41,378 bases of DNA from Candidatus Kaiserbacteria bacterium RIFOXYD1_FULL_47_14. Lineage in GTDB: Bacteria; Patescibacteriota; Minisyncoccia; Phycocordibacterales; Phycocordibacteraceae. The position numbers and the translations under genes are program-made. Of this stretch, positions 30,232-38,073 are shown piece after piece. The notes beneath the pieces are model-generated. The model had not been told where the DNA came from and searched no databases. It worked only from the letters and a program-made list of their open reading frames with translations. Position 1 is the stretch's first letter, and each line of letters begins with the position of its first letter. The DNA lies in the NCBI GenBank assembly GCA_001781915.1, contig MFMU01000009.1:7449-48826 (forward strand). The letters are read 5' to 3'.

Positions 30232-32934
30232 CTAAAATTCTTGGAAGAGCGGCAGAATATTCACGATGACCGATTGAGTTACCGAGGGGAAACCGATTGC
30301 CTGACAAGTTATGGTATAGGTTGATTGTGAGAGAATCGTGACCGCTTGTGATCCTGAAAGTGAAGTAGATGCAGTGAGTCCAGGACCTGAAATTGAACAA
30401 CTGTCCATATTGTGGGAACTCCATGAGATAGTTGAATCGGTACCAGATTGAACGCGCGACGGATTCGCACTGATGGTTGCACTTGGTTGCAGAACAATGA
30501 CTGTTACGAGAGCTGGAGCAAAAGTATTGCCATCAGCGTCTGTACAAATAATTTGATAGTTTTGGGTCTCGGTGAGCACTCCGGTGGAGACGCTGCCAGA
30601 TGTAGCTCCGCTGGTGGAGATTCCATTGGCGGGAGTACCGACAAATTCACAAGATGCCGCGCCGGAAAAATTCCACATCAATGTTGTGGACTGACCGCTA
30701 TCTATAGTGTCCAAAATCGCATAGAGAACAGAATCCGACGGATTCACAGTCACTGTAAAGCTGTTGCTCGCCACGGTTTCCCCTGTTGAACTTTTGTTTG
30801 CCCGTATGGAATATCCATAGGTGCCGCCGCTGGCTGTAATTGGCGCAGATACCGACATACTTCCCGTACAGGGAGCATATTCGGTGAGAGGAGCGCCCGT
30901 ATTGTCCAACAGTCGGCAATTAGTATTTGCCGATGTTCCATTGGTGAGCGTGTAGATCGCGGAAATAGTGTTGTTTGGCAAAGTAACTGAGTAGACGGAA
31001 GGACTGACGACAATTGAGAGAGTGGTTGGGATAGGACTTACCACAACTGACATTTCATCCAATCCGGTCAATCCGCCGTTATCAGTAACGGTAAGGCGGA
31101 AAACATAGGTGCCGGCAATCAAACCAGAAAATGTCGGGGTGAGGGTTGTGCTGTCAGTGATAGTAGGAACGGAAGGACCGCTTGTCCGCGTCCACAACCT
31201 CGCGCTGATAGTGCCGTCGGAGTCGCTAGCGCTAGCTCCGGAAACGATGACAGAATTTGTGGGAAGAGTGATAGCCCGATCAGCACCGGCGTTGGCGATT
31301 GGCGCGGAGTTGGCAGAAACACAACTGCTTCCATCCCACGAGCTCCCTGCGGCGCAAGTTGCTGTTGCTGTTTTTGTATCCAGCATAGAACCGCCGTTTT
31401 TCAAATTAAACACTGTTTGCGGATACGCCACCCACACTTGGAGTCCTGGAGATGACTGATTCGCCGAAGTTGAGAGCGTCGTTCCCGTGTTGCCATCTAC
31501 GAGTTTCGGATCTGTCGTATTCGCTGTTGACCATGTCGCATAGACCGTACTGCAGGTGCTTGCTCCGCTCGCGATGACACAGCTTGTTGGAGCAATGGAG
31601 AGAGAACCGGAGGGTGCCTGATTTGTGACACATTTATTCCCATTCCAGGCACTCCCTGCGGCGCAAGTTGCTGTTGCTGTTTTTGTATCCAATATGGTGT
31701 CGCCGCTGTTGAGATAAAACACTGTGCTCGGATACGCCACCCACACCTGTAACCCCCACGGATATGTTGGAGAGGTTGACAGTACCGTTCCCGTATTACC
31801 GTCCACGAGTTTAAAATTTGTCGCGCCTATCGTTGTCCATATTGCATAGACCGTACTGCAGGTGCTTGCTCCGCTCGCGATAACACAGCTTGTTGGAGAA
31901 ACAGAGAGGGATCCTCTAGGCGATTGATCGAAATCTTTCGTCACGACTGACATTTCATCAGACCCGGTTAAACCGGTATTATCAGTAACGGTAAGGCGGA
32001 AGACATAAGTGCCAACATACATCAAATTTGAAAATGTTGGCGTAAGCGAATTGCGGTTCGCGATAGTTGAAACAGTAGGACCGCTTATCTGCGTCCATTC
32101 TCTTGAACGAACATACCCGTCATCGCTTTCGCTAGCGCCAATGGGGCTGACATAGGAGGAAAATATATGGACCTCGAGATCGATACCGGCATTAGCGGTT
32201 GGAGATTGGTTTGGATTCGAAATGACTAAATTAAAGGTCGTGGCTGTTGTACCGCTCGAAACCGTGATGGGATAGATACCGGCTGTAGCGGTCGGCTGAA
32301 CTGAAGCCCTGAGTGTAACAGAACAGCTAGGACCGCTTCCACATCCGGCGGATTCATTAAGAGAAACTCCCGATGGGATTCCTGAAAGCGAGAAATAAAT
32401 TGGTTGGGGAGATCCGGTGATTAGCGTAGCGGTAATAGTATTTGAACCGGTGACGGCATAACTAGGCGACTTGGTAACATAGATTGGACCGGAGTTGGAG
32501 AGACCGTATCTGAACGAAGAAGGAGAATCTGAAATAACTAAATTAAAGATCGTAACTCTGATAATACCGCCGTCCATCGGTTCGCCCATAACTTGAATTG
32601 GAAAGGTGCCAACTGAAGCGGTTGGACTGACATCAAACTGGATGGTCGTAGAACAGCCAGGAACGCAGAAAGCTGGATTTGAAGATCCACTAACTCCTGG
32701 CGGTGTTCCTACTACACTGAATCTAATTACTTTAGACGGTCCCGAGTATAAGTATAATGAGGCGGTAACGGTGTTAAAGCCGTGGACAGTATAACTGGAC
32801 TTAGTGACATTGACAGTGCCGGAGTTGGAAAGCGAATAATTAAAAGAATCTGCATTTGCTGGCGGAATACCTATGGAAAAGAATATCGGCAAAATCAAAA
32901 AACCCATCAAGCAGAACCGTTTAAAAAATTTCAT
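30232..32934 (-). CDS. Secreted or cell-surface protein, 900 aa, built from several pairs of duplicated Ig/PKD-like domains
   Basis: The signal peptide is MKFFKRFCLMGFLILPIFFSIGIPPANA. The composition is Ser/Thr/Gly-rich. There are two PKD-like units (ANAG.D......SGASASDSDG..., GTYVFRLTVTDN.GLTG.DEMSVVV) and two ~100-aa Cys-containing units (PTSCVIASGASTCSTVYA.W...KLVDGNTGT...LQVWVAYP.TVF...TKTATATCAAGS). Confidence 0.8.
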   Translation of the reverse strand: MKFFKRFCLMGFLILPIFFSIGIPPANADSFNYSLSNSGTVNVTKSSYTVHGFNTVTASLYLYSGPSKVIRFSVVGTPPGVSGSSNPAFCVPGCSTTIQFDVSPTASVGTFPIQVMGEPMDGGIIRVTIFNLVISDSPSSFRYGLSNSGPIYVTKSPSYAVTGSNTITATLITGSPQPIYFSLSGIPSGVSLNESAGCGSGPSCSVTLRASVQPTATAGIYPITVSSGTTATTFNLVISNPNQSPTANAGIDLEVHIFSSYVSPIGASESDDGYVRSREWTQISGPTVSTIANRNSLTPTFSNLMYVGTYVFRLTVTDNTGLTGSDEMSVVTKDFDQSPRGSLSVSPTSCVIASGASTCSTVYAIWTTIGATNFKLVDGNTGTVLSTSPTYPWGLQVWVAYPSTVFYLNSGDTILDTKTATATCAAGSAWNGNKCVTNQAPSGSLSIAPTSCVIASGASTCSTVYATWSTANTTDPKLVDGNTGTTLSTSANQSSPGLQVWVAYPQTVFNLKNGGSMLDTKTATATCAAGSSWDGSSCVSANSAPIANAGADRAITLPTNSVIVSGASASDSDGTISARLWTRTSGPSVPTITDSTTLTPTFSGLIAGTYVFRLTVTDNGGLTGLDEMSVVVSPIPTTLSIVVSPSVYSVTLPNNTISAIYTLTNGTSANTNCRLLDNTGAPLTEYAPCTGSMSVSAPITASGGTYGYSIRANKSSTGETVASNSFTVTVNPSDSVLYAILDTIDSGQSTTLMWNFSGAASCEFVGTPANGISTSGATSGSVSTGVLTETQNYQIICTDADGNTFAPALVTVIVLQPSATISANPSRVQSGTDSTISWSSHNMDSCSISGPGLTASTSLSGSQAVTILSQSTYTITCQAIGFPSVTQSVIVNILPLFQEF
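31318..31923. repeat. Tandem duplication of a ~100-codon Cys-containing domain inside the surface-protein gene
   Basis: Long identical DNA stretches recur about 306-309 nt apart. One example is CTCCCTGCGGCGCAAGTTGCTGTTGCTGTTTTTGTATCCA at about 31343 and about 31652. Another is TAGACCGTACTGCAGGTGCTTGCTCCGCTCGCGAT at about 31541 and about 31847. Confidence 0.85.
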
Positions 32935-32946
32935 AGTGTTGCTTAC

Positions 32947-32952
32947 AGTATA
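32947..32952 (-). promoter_or_regulatory. -10 box TATACT, 12 nt before the surface-protein ATG
   Basis: The minus strand reads GAGTATACT gtaagcaacact ATG(32934). Confidence 0.4.
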
Positions 32953-32999
32953 CTCCCCATCTACCTGCCCTTCCTAGAGCTTTGTTCGAGTGTTGATAA

Positions 33000-34355
33000 C
33001 TAATTGTTCGCGAGAAAGTCGATATTGGACTGGATAGAAGAAACCTTCGCCATCACCTGATTCGCGTAGGTCTGCCCCACACCTGCCCAAGCGCCACCTG
33101 CATAATACTTGGCCGCTGCCCTGTGCTCGGCAGTATACCCTCCTGCATCTGCACCAAGATCACCAAGATACAGCGACATCGCCATAATGGCATCCTTCGG
33201 GTCCCAAGGATTTGCAATCGATTTCCCACTTCCTGTCGCGACACGAACAGCATAGGACTTCCAGGTGGAAGGAATAAATTGCGCCGGACCCATCGCGCCT
33301 CCCCATCCGCCCGCGCTCGCGATTGGACACGACACAACCTGATGATGAGGATCAAACCCGAGTTGGAGTCCGAGCGCGAGGAATGGCTGAACATCGCGCG
33401 TCGGGCTCATCACTTTTGCAAAAGCCGTACCAGTGTTCTTCCCGACGCCCGCGCCCGTGGCGTCATTCTTAAGATAACACTGGCCGACATTAGCGCCGAG
33501 ATTGGACTCTTGTGTGAGGATAGAGAGCACGAGTGCCGGATCAACACCAGTTACATTTTGCGCTGCTTGCGCATATTTGAGCGCATCGCCGAAAGAAATT
33601 GCGCTCGCATCACGAAGCGGGAAGAGTGCCGCGCGAATTGCTGCGGCCTTCGCCTGCCGATCAGCAAGAACTTTTTTATATTCAACTTCCTGATTTGCAG
33701 TTATTGAGAGAAGTTGTTGCTTCTGCGTTTTATCGGATGAAATTTGCTTTTGCGTCGTCTCAACGACATATTTCGCATCGGCTGTTTGATTCTGTTTCGC
33801 CGCCAAGTCGGCCTTCTCTTTTTCTGTCTGAACTTTGGTAATACGAATATCGGCAAAAAGGGTCTTGAGATCGGTCTTGATAGAAGAGAAAGCATCCAAG
33901 TCGCTGAAAAATCCTGAAACATCCTGCGAGCCGAATGCAACACTCACGACCGAATAATCATCCAACATCTGGGTTTGGCGCAGAATGGACGCGAGCGCCT
34001 CTTGCCCGCGAGTAATACGGTCTGATAGATGCACGATGACCGCATTCTTCTTCACTATCTGCGCAGCGAGTTGCTTAATGACTATATTTTTCGCATCAAT
34101 TTGCGCCTGCGCCGCTTTAATTTGAGCGTTCAGAAGAGTAACATCGCCTTGCAAAGTATTTTTCTTCGCTTGTGTGTCTTTAATGATTTGCTGCTGGACC
34201 TCAATTTCTTTCAGAAGCTGGTCATACTGCGACTGGAGTGCAACGCGCTCCTCTGGCGTAAGATCTTGCGCCTTCGCTGTGTGTAGAGACACAGCAAAAC
34301 TGTTTCCACAAACCACTACAAATAAAATAAAAGCCCAAACAACTTTTCGAAACAT
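33000..34355 (-). CDS. Secreted coiled-coil protein with a C-terminal lytic-transglycosylase (SLT)-like domain
   Basis: The signal peptide is MFRKVVWAFILFVVVCGNSFAVSLHTAKA. About 270 aa of Q/K/A-rich coiled coil follow (PcsB/CwlO-like architecture), then ALVLSILTQESNLG (the SLT catalytic E-S context) and GPAQFIPSTW. The track start at 34493 would overlap rplY and is rejected. Confidence 0.7.
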   Translation of the reverse strand: MFRKVVWAFILFVVVCGNSFAVSLHTAKAQDLTPEERVALQSQYDQLLKEIEVQQQIIKDTQAKKNTLQGDVTLLNAQIKAAQAQIDAKNIVIKQLAAQIVKKNAVIVHLSDRITRGQEALASILRQTQMLDDYSVVSVAFGSQDVSGFFSDLDAFSSIKTDLKTLFADIRITKVQTEKEKADLAAKQNQTADAKYVVETTQKQISSDKTQKQQLLSITANQEVEYKKVLADRQAKAAAIRAALFPLRDASAISFGDALKYAQAAQNVTGVDPALVLSILTQESNLGANVGQCYLKNDATGAGVGKNTGTAFAKVMSPTRDVQPFLALGLQLGFDPHHQVVSCPIASAGGWGGAMGPAQFIPSTWKSYAVRVATGSGKSIANPWDPKDAIMAMSLYLGDLGADAGGYTAEHRAAAKYYAGGAWAGVGQTYANQVMAKVSSIQSNIDFLANN

Positions 34356-34361
34356 CCCTTT

Positions 34362-34367
34362 AGTATA
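34362..34367 (-). promoter_or_regulatory. Extended -10 box TGgTATACT, 6 nt before the ATG at 34355
   Basis: The minus strand reads TGGTATACT aaaggg ATG. Confidence 0.45.
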
Positions 34368-34374
34368 CCAAAAA

Positions 34375-35031
34375 TTATTTGGTTTCTTCAGAAGCTGGCT
34401 CGCCCGAAGCGGTTTCTTCTTCCTTGCCTTTCCTCTCAACTTCAATTGATGAAATATCAGCTGGTACAACGACTTCTTCTTTTTCTTCAACAACTTCTTG
34501 TACGAGCGCGATAACCTCCTCCAATTCAGTCATAAGCACGACACCCGCAGGAAGTTTAATATCTTTCACATGGATTTTATCATTCATTATTTTCAACATC
34601 GAAAGATCAACCTCAAAAGCGTGTGGAAGATTCATCGGATCTGCTTCCACTTCAATTTCATGAAGTACTTTCACGAGATTTGCACCTTCCTCCACTGCCG
34701 GGGAGATGCCGATAAAGACAATCGGAATAGCAACTTCAACTTTCTCTCCCTTGGTCACCGCATAGAAATCAACATGGCGCGGGCGGTTCGTAATTGGGTC
34801 GAGATCGACTTCGTGGATGAGAGTCGGGAGCGGTTCTCCGAGACCCGAGAGAGAAACAATGGTCGCTTCGCCGGCTTCTTGGAGAATTTTTTCAAATGCT
34901 ACTGCACCAATTGAAATTGGCGTTGCCTCATGATGGGCACCGTAGACAACGCCTGGAATAGAACCTGAACGGCGCAAAGCCGCCATAGTTGCACTATTTT
35001 CCCCGCGTTTCTTAACCTTTAGCGTAAGCAT
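34375..35031 (-). CDS. rplY: 50S ribosomal protein L25 / Ctc form with an acidic C-terminal tail
   Basis: MLTLKVKKRGENSATMAALRRSGSIPGVVYG is the L25 N-terminus, followed by HVDFYAV. The track start at 35163 is a TTG that reads through REP-B1 and the RAYT-B start, so it is rejected. Confidence 0.88.
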   Translation of the reverse strand: MLTLKVKKRGENSATMAALRRSGSIPGVVYGAHHEATPISIGAVAFEKILQEAGEATIVSLSGLGEPLPTLIHEVDLDPITNRPRHVDFYAVTKGEKVEVAIPIVFIGISPAVEEGANLVKVLHEIEVEADPMNLPHAFEVDLSMLKIMNDKIHVKDIKLPAGVVLMTELEEVIALVQEVVEEKEEVVVPADISSIEVERKGKEEETASGEPASEETK

Positions 35032-35039
35032 ATTTTTTA

Positions 35040-35045
35040 AGTATG
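35040..35045 (-). promoter_or_regulatory. -10-like box CATACT, 8 nt before the rplY ATG
   Basis: The minus strand reads GCGGCATACT taaaaaat ATG(35031). Confidence 0.4.
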
Positions 35046-35073
35046 CCGCATCTTTCATATTTCCGCAACTTTC

Positions 35074-35104
35074 CTTATGTGGGATTTCCGAAACCCTACA
35101 TAGG
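35074..35104. repeat. REP-B copy 1 (upstream of RAYT-B)
   Basis: The sequence is CTTATGTGGGATTTC c GAAACCCTACATAGG. The dyad is centred on 35089 with G.T pairs and one A/C mismatch. On the minus strand it reads ATGTAGGGTTTCGGAAATCCCACAT, with a GTAG head. Confidence 0.85.
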
Positions 35105-35107
35105 TAG

Positions 35108-35113
35108 TATACT
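35108..35113 (+). promoter_or_regulatory. -10 box TATACT, 6 nt before the RAYT-B ATG (leaderless-type)
   Basis: The plus strand reads GGTAGTATACT tgtcga ATG(35120). Confidence 0.45.
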
Positions 35114-35119
35114 TGTCGA

Positions 35120-35803
35120 ATGGATTTGTACCATGTACTTAATCGTGGAATTGATGGACGCAAACTATTTCTTGACTCGCAGGACTACGCGCGATTTGTC
35201 CATAATCTGTACGAATTCAACGACACTGCCCCTGCATTAGAATTTACTCGCCGAGATACGCATAATTCGAATGTGGGATTTCCGAAACCCTACATTCGGA
35301 AAAGGAAACGGTTAGTGGAAATTCATGGATGGCATCTTGCAAAGAATCATTACCACTTACTTATTTCAGAGCTGATTGAAGGCGGGTTGGCGACTTTCAT
35401 GAAAAAGCTAAATATTGGTTTTGCAAACTATTACAATGAACGATATAGGCGACAAGGACACCTTTTCCAAGGGAAAACAAAGAAAATCCTCCTTGCGCGG
35501 CATGAACATTTTCTCTACATCCTCCATTACCTTCATTTGAATTCGCTAGATTATTTCCCTGGCGCGAAGAAATGGCGCGAACGAGACAAGGGTATTATTT
35601 CGAACATTCCAAAAATACTCGAATACCTCCGAGAATATCGCTGGAGCAGCTATCTTGATTATTGTGGTACACCGAACTTTCCATCAATCCTCACCACATC
35701 GCTTTTTGGTGATGCTCTTGGCACGAACTATGTCTCTTCTCTTAAAGAATATCTGATGGACCGAACCTCTGAGGATATAGATCAGAAATTACTAGAGTAT
35801 TAG
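35120..35803 (+). CDS. IS200/IS605-family Y1 (HUH) transposase-like protein, RAYT-like (paralogue B)
   Basis: Present are LYHVLNRG, the HUH motif NHYHLLI, GHLFQGK and LHYLHLN (Tyr helix). The protein is collinear with paralogue A. The internal segment SNVGFPKPYIR is encoded by REP-B copy 2. Confidence 0.85.
   Translation: MDLYHVLNRGIDGRKLFLDSQDYARFVHNLYEFNDTAPALEFTRRDTHNSNVGFPKPYIRKRKRLVEIHGWHLAKNHYHLLISELIEGGLATFMKKLNIGFANYYNERYRRQGHLFQGKTKKILLARHEHFLYILHYLHLNSLDYFPGAKKWRERDKGIISNIPKILEYLREYRWSSYLDYCGTPNFPSILTTSLFGDALGTNYVSSLKEYLMDRTSEDIDQKLLEY
35266..35300. repeat. REP-B copy 2 (inside the RAYT-B ORF, in frame)
   Basis: The sequence is TTCGAATGTGGGATTTC c GAAACCCTACATTCGGA. The 17-position dyad is centred on 35283 with wobble pairs and one mismatch. 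The 25-nt core is identical to copy 1. Confidence 0.85.
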
Positions 35804-35810
35804 CCATATA

Positions 35811-35841
35811 ATTATGTGGGACTTCCGAAATCCTACATGAT
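35811..35841. repeat. REP-B copy 3 (between the RAYT-B stop and the fba stop)
   Basis: The sequence is ATTATGTGGGACTTC c GAAATCCTACATGAT. It has the same polarity as copies 1 and 2. Confidence 0.85.
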
Positions 35842-35842
35842 G

Positions 35843-36847
35843 TTAAGTACCTGATACAGCGGAAGAAACCTTGGAGAGGCGGGCGAGAAATGCGGCGCGC
35901 GCATCTACAACATTTTCTTCTTCCCCCTTCCAGATGGTAAGTGCCTCTTCCTGAAGCGCGCGAGAATACGAAAATGTGAGCGGCCAGGGTATGGTTCCTT
36001 CCTGTGCTCGAGACAACCGACAAATTGCGGACAAATTGTCAGTCGCCTGATTTGGTGTCTGTCCGCCAGAGAGAAAGACGACACCCGCTATTTGTCGCGG
36101 AACGCATTTTAAAAGTGCTGCAATAGTGTCTTCTGCGACCTCTTCTGGCGCATCCTTTTTTCCACTTGATTCTCCTGAAAGCGCCATAGCGGTTTTAAGA
36201 ATGATACTCGCGCGATCAACTGACTGTTCGTCGAGCACTGAAAAAAGCATTTCAAGTGTTTCTTCAACAACGGCGCGTGCGCGTGTACGACTATGATTTC
36301 CTTCCAACAACACATCCGGCTCAAGAATAGGAACAAGACCAGCGATCTGCGATTCTTTCGCATAACTTGCGAGACGCTTCGCGTTTTCGTGAAGCGCCTG
36401 CGCTGAAGGCAGCTGGTCACCGTCAATGCGAATGACTGCACGCCACTTCGTAAAGATCGCTCCCTGCTTTTTATAAGCCGCGAGCCGTTCTGGAAGATCA
36501 AAAAGCCCTTGGGTGATAAGTTCATCAGGACTCGAAGGAAATGGTTCAGTGCCTAAATCAACTTTCACGCCCGGTACGATACCGCGCGCCGCGAGCGAAC
36601 GAGAAAATAATTTTTTATCACTGCCTTTCTCAAGAAGTGTTTCGGGAAAAAGAATGACACCTGAAAGATACTGTTCGATTCCTTCGGCGCCAAAAAATAG
36701 ATCGCGATACTGACGACGCATTTCCGCACTCGCTGAAATGCCATAGGAAGCAAGACGCGTCGTCGCCGTATGGACACTCTCATCTGCAGCGAGAATGCCT
36801 TTGCCATGGGCAAAAAATGATCGTGCTATTGCGACAAGATCAGTCAT
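35843..36847 (-). CDS. fba: Fructose-bisphosphate aldolase, class I
   Basis: GKGILAADESVHTATTRL is the class I FBA N-terminal motif, within a TIM-barrel-length ORF of 334 aa. Confidence 0.85.
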   Translation of the reverse strand: MTDLVAIARSFFAHGKGILAADESVHTATTRLASYGISASAEMRRQYRDLFFGAEGIEQYLSGVILFPETLLEKGSDKKLFSRSLAARGIVPGVKVDLGTEPFPSSPDELITQGLFDLPERLAAYKKQGAIFTKWRAVIRIDGDQLPSAQALHENAKRLASYAKESQIAGLVPILEPDVLLEGNHSRTRARAVVEETLEMLFSVLDEQSVDRASIILKTAMALSGESSGKKDAPEEVAEDTIAALLKCVPRQIAGVVFLSGGQTPNQATDNLSAICRLSRAQEGTIPWPLTFSYSRALQEEALTIWKGEEENVVDARAAFLARLSKVSSAVSGT

Positions 36848-36853
36848 ATATTT

Positions 36854-36859
36854 ATCGTA
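36854..36859 (-). promoter_or_regulatory. -10-like box TACGAT, 6 nt before the fba ATG
   Basis: The minus strand reads GCTACGAT aaatat ATG(36847). Confidence 0.35.
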
Positions 36860-36868
36860 GCATGCTAC
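36857..36868. promoter_or_regulatory. 12-nt perfect palindrome GTAGCATGCTAC spanning the divergent fba and PfkB-kinase -10 boxes
   Basis: A 6+6 dyad that overlaps TACGAT (minus strand) and TACACT (plus strand). Confidence 0.25.
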
Positions 36869-36871
36869 ACT
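36866..36871 (+). promoter_or_regulatory. -10-like box TACACT, 9 nt before the ATG at 36881
   Basis: The plus strand reads GCTACACT ctcctatat ATG. Confidence 0.35.
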
Positions 36872-36880
36872 CTCCTATAT

Positions 36881-37864
36881 ATGGACTTCATAGCTATTGG
36901 CGATACAACCGTTGACGAATTTATCCGGCTCAAAGAAGCGCAGGTCAATTGCGATACGAATAACGAGAACTGTACTCTTTCAATGAAATGGAAAGACAAG
37001 ATCCCATATGATTCTGCTGTGCTCGTCCCTGCGGTCGGTAATGCAGCGAACGCCGCGGTCGCCGCGGCGCGCCTCGGTCTCTCTGCTGGATTTATTTCAA
37101 ATGTCGGGAAAGATCATTTTGGAGAAGAAACATTTGCGACATTCGTTCGCGAAGGTGTGGATACAAAACATGTGGTTGTTAACGATGACATTCCAACGAA
37201 TCATCATTTCGTTCTTTGTTACGAAGCGGAACGCACTATCCTTATCCGACACGAATCATATCCGTATGTACTTCCAGAAGGATTCGTGCCACCGAAATGG
37301 ATCTATCTCTCGTCTATAGGCGAACACGCCGAAGCATTTCATATTGAACTTGCACAGTGGCTTATTGAACATCCAGAAACAAAGCTTGCTTTCCAGCCCG
37401 GCACATTCCAAATAAAAATTGGAAAAGAAAAACTCGTAGCGCTTTACGCGGTGACAGAGATTATTGCCTGTAATAAAGAAGAAGCGGAACGAATTCTTGG
37501 AATAGGCGAGACCGACATCAAAGAACTTATGGAAAAGATGCTCGCGCTCGGTCCAAAGATAGCGCTTATCACTGACGGTACGAACGGCGCGTTCGTTTCA
37601 AACGGTACAGAATCGTTCAAAGTGCCGATGTATCCTGACTCGAAACCGCCAATTGACCGCACCGGTGCGGGAGATGCGACGACTTCCACATTTGTCATTG
37701 CGCTCGTACTCGGGAAATCACTCGAAGAAGCGCTTCTCTGGGGGCCGATAAACTCCATGTCGGTCGTTCAGTACATCGGCGCGCAGGAAGGCCTACTCAC
37801 GCGTAACACACTCGAAAAACTTCTCGCCGAAGCGCCTGCGCAATATCGCGCTGAGTCGATTTAA
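36881..37864 (+). CDS. PfkB-family carbohydrate kinase (ribokinase-like)
   Basis: GNAANAAVAAARLG is a GG-type N-terminal motif, and the C-terminal anion-hole/ATP motif is DRTGAGDATTSTF. Confidence 0.8.
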   Translation: MDFIAIGDTTVDEFIRLKEAQVNCDTNNENCTLSMKWKDKIPYDSAVLVPAVGNAANAAVAAARLGLSAGFISNVGKDHFGEETFATFVREGVDTKHVVVNDDIPTNHHFVLCYEAERTILIRHESYPYVLPEGFVPPKWIYLSSIGEHAEAFHIELAQWLIEHPETKLAFQPGTFQIKIGKEKLVALYAVTEIIACNKEEAERILGIGETDIKELMEKMLALGPKIALITDGTNGAFVSNGTESFKVPMYPDSKPPIDRTGAGDATTSTFVIALVLGKSLEEALLWGPINSMSVVQYIGAQEGLLTRNTLEKLLAEAPAQYRAESI

Positions 37865-37866
37865 TT

Positions 37867-37889
37867 ACTTGGGGGTGAAACCCCCAAGT
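37867..37889. repeat. Palindrome C3 / bidirectional terminator-like hairpin
   Basis: ACTTGGGGG tgaaa CCCCCAAGT has a 9-bp stem. It contains GGTGAAACCCCCAAGT, which differs at one position from GGTGAAACACCCAAGT in C1. It lies between two convergent stop codons. Confidence 0.7.
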
Positions 37890-37893
37890 GAAA

Positions 37894-38061
37894 TTATTGA
37901 TTCAATATCGACTGTTGAAGCGAAGAATAGCTCGCTTCGCTTCCGCCGAATGTAGCGACAAAAGCGTTTGTTTGCACGATATGTATAATGAACCATGCCG
38001 CTACCGCGCCTGCAATAAACATAATCAGCATAGCAAAATAAAAATTTACATTTCCTTTCAT
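37894..38061 (-). CDS. Small hydrophobic protein (55 aa), hypothetical
   Basis: MKGNVNFYFAMLIMFIAGAVAAWFIIHIV contains one transmembrane helix. A TATAAT box lies 6 nt upstream and hairpin C3 lies downstream. The track start at 38097 would overlap the tkt C-subunit gene. Confidence 0.45.
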   Translation of the reverse strand: MKGNVNFYFAMLIMFIAGAVAAWFIIHIVQTNAFVATFGGSEASYSSLQQSILNQ

Positions 38062-38067
38062 ATATCT

Positions 38068-38073
38068 ATTATA
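38068..38073 (-). promoter_or_regulatory. -10 box TATAAT, 6 nt before the ATG at 38061
   Basis: The minus strand reads TATAAT agatat ATG. Confidence 0.4.

Larger units (their letters stand above)
35074..35841 (+). mobile_element. RAYT-B module: IS200/RAYT-like gene with its cognate palindrome upstream, inside the ORF and downstream
   Basis: See the CDS at 35120-35803 and the repeats at 35074-35104, 35266-35300 and 35811-35841. Confidence 0.75.

Noticed and set aside
35032-35163. N-terminal extensions offered by the ORF track (rplY to 35163, muralytic gene to 34493, gyrB to 20607, tkt C-subunit to 39199, rpe-like to 40739, KH protein to 4356, small ORF to 38097)
   Set aside because: The extensions start at TTG or GTG or run through neighbouring genes, palindromes or -10 boxes, and they lack homology. 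Internal ATGs preceded by a TAnnnT box at 6-9 nt, or matching homologue N-termini, were preferred.
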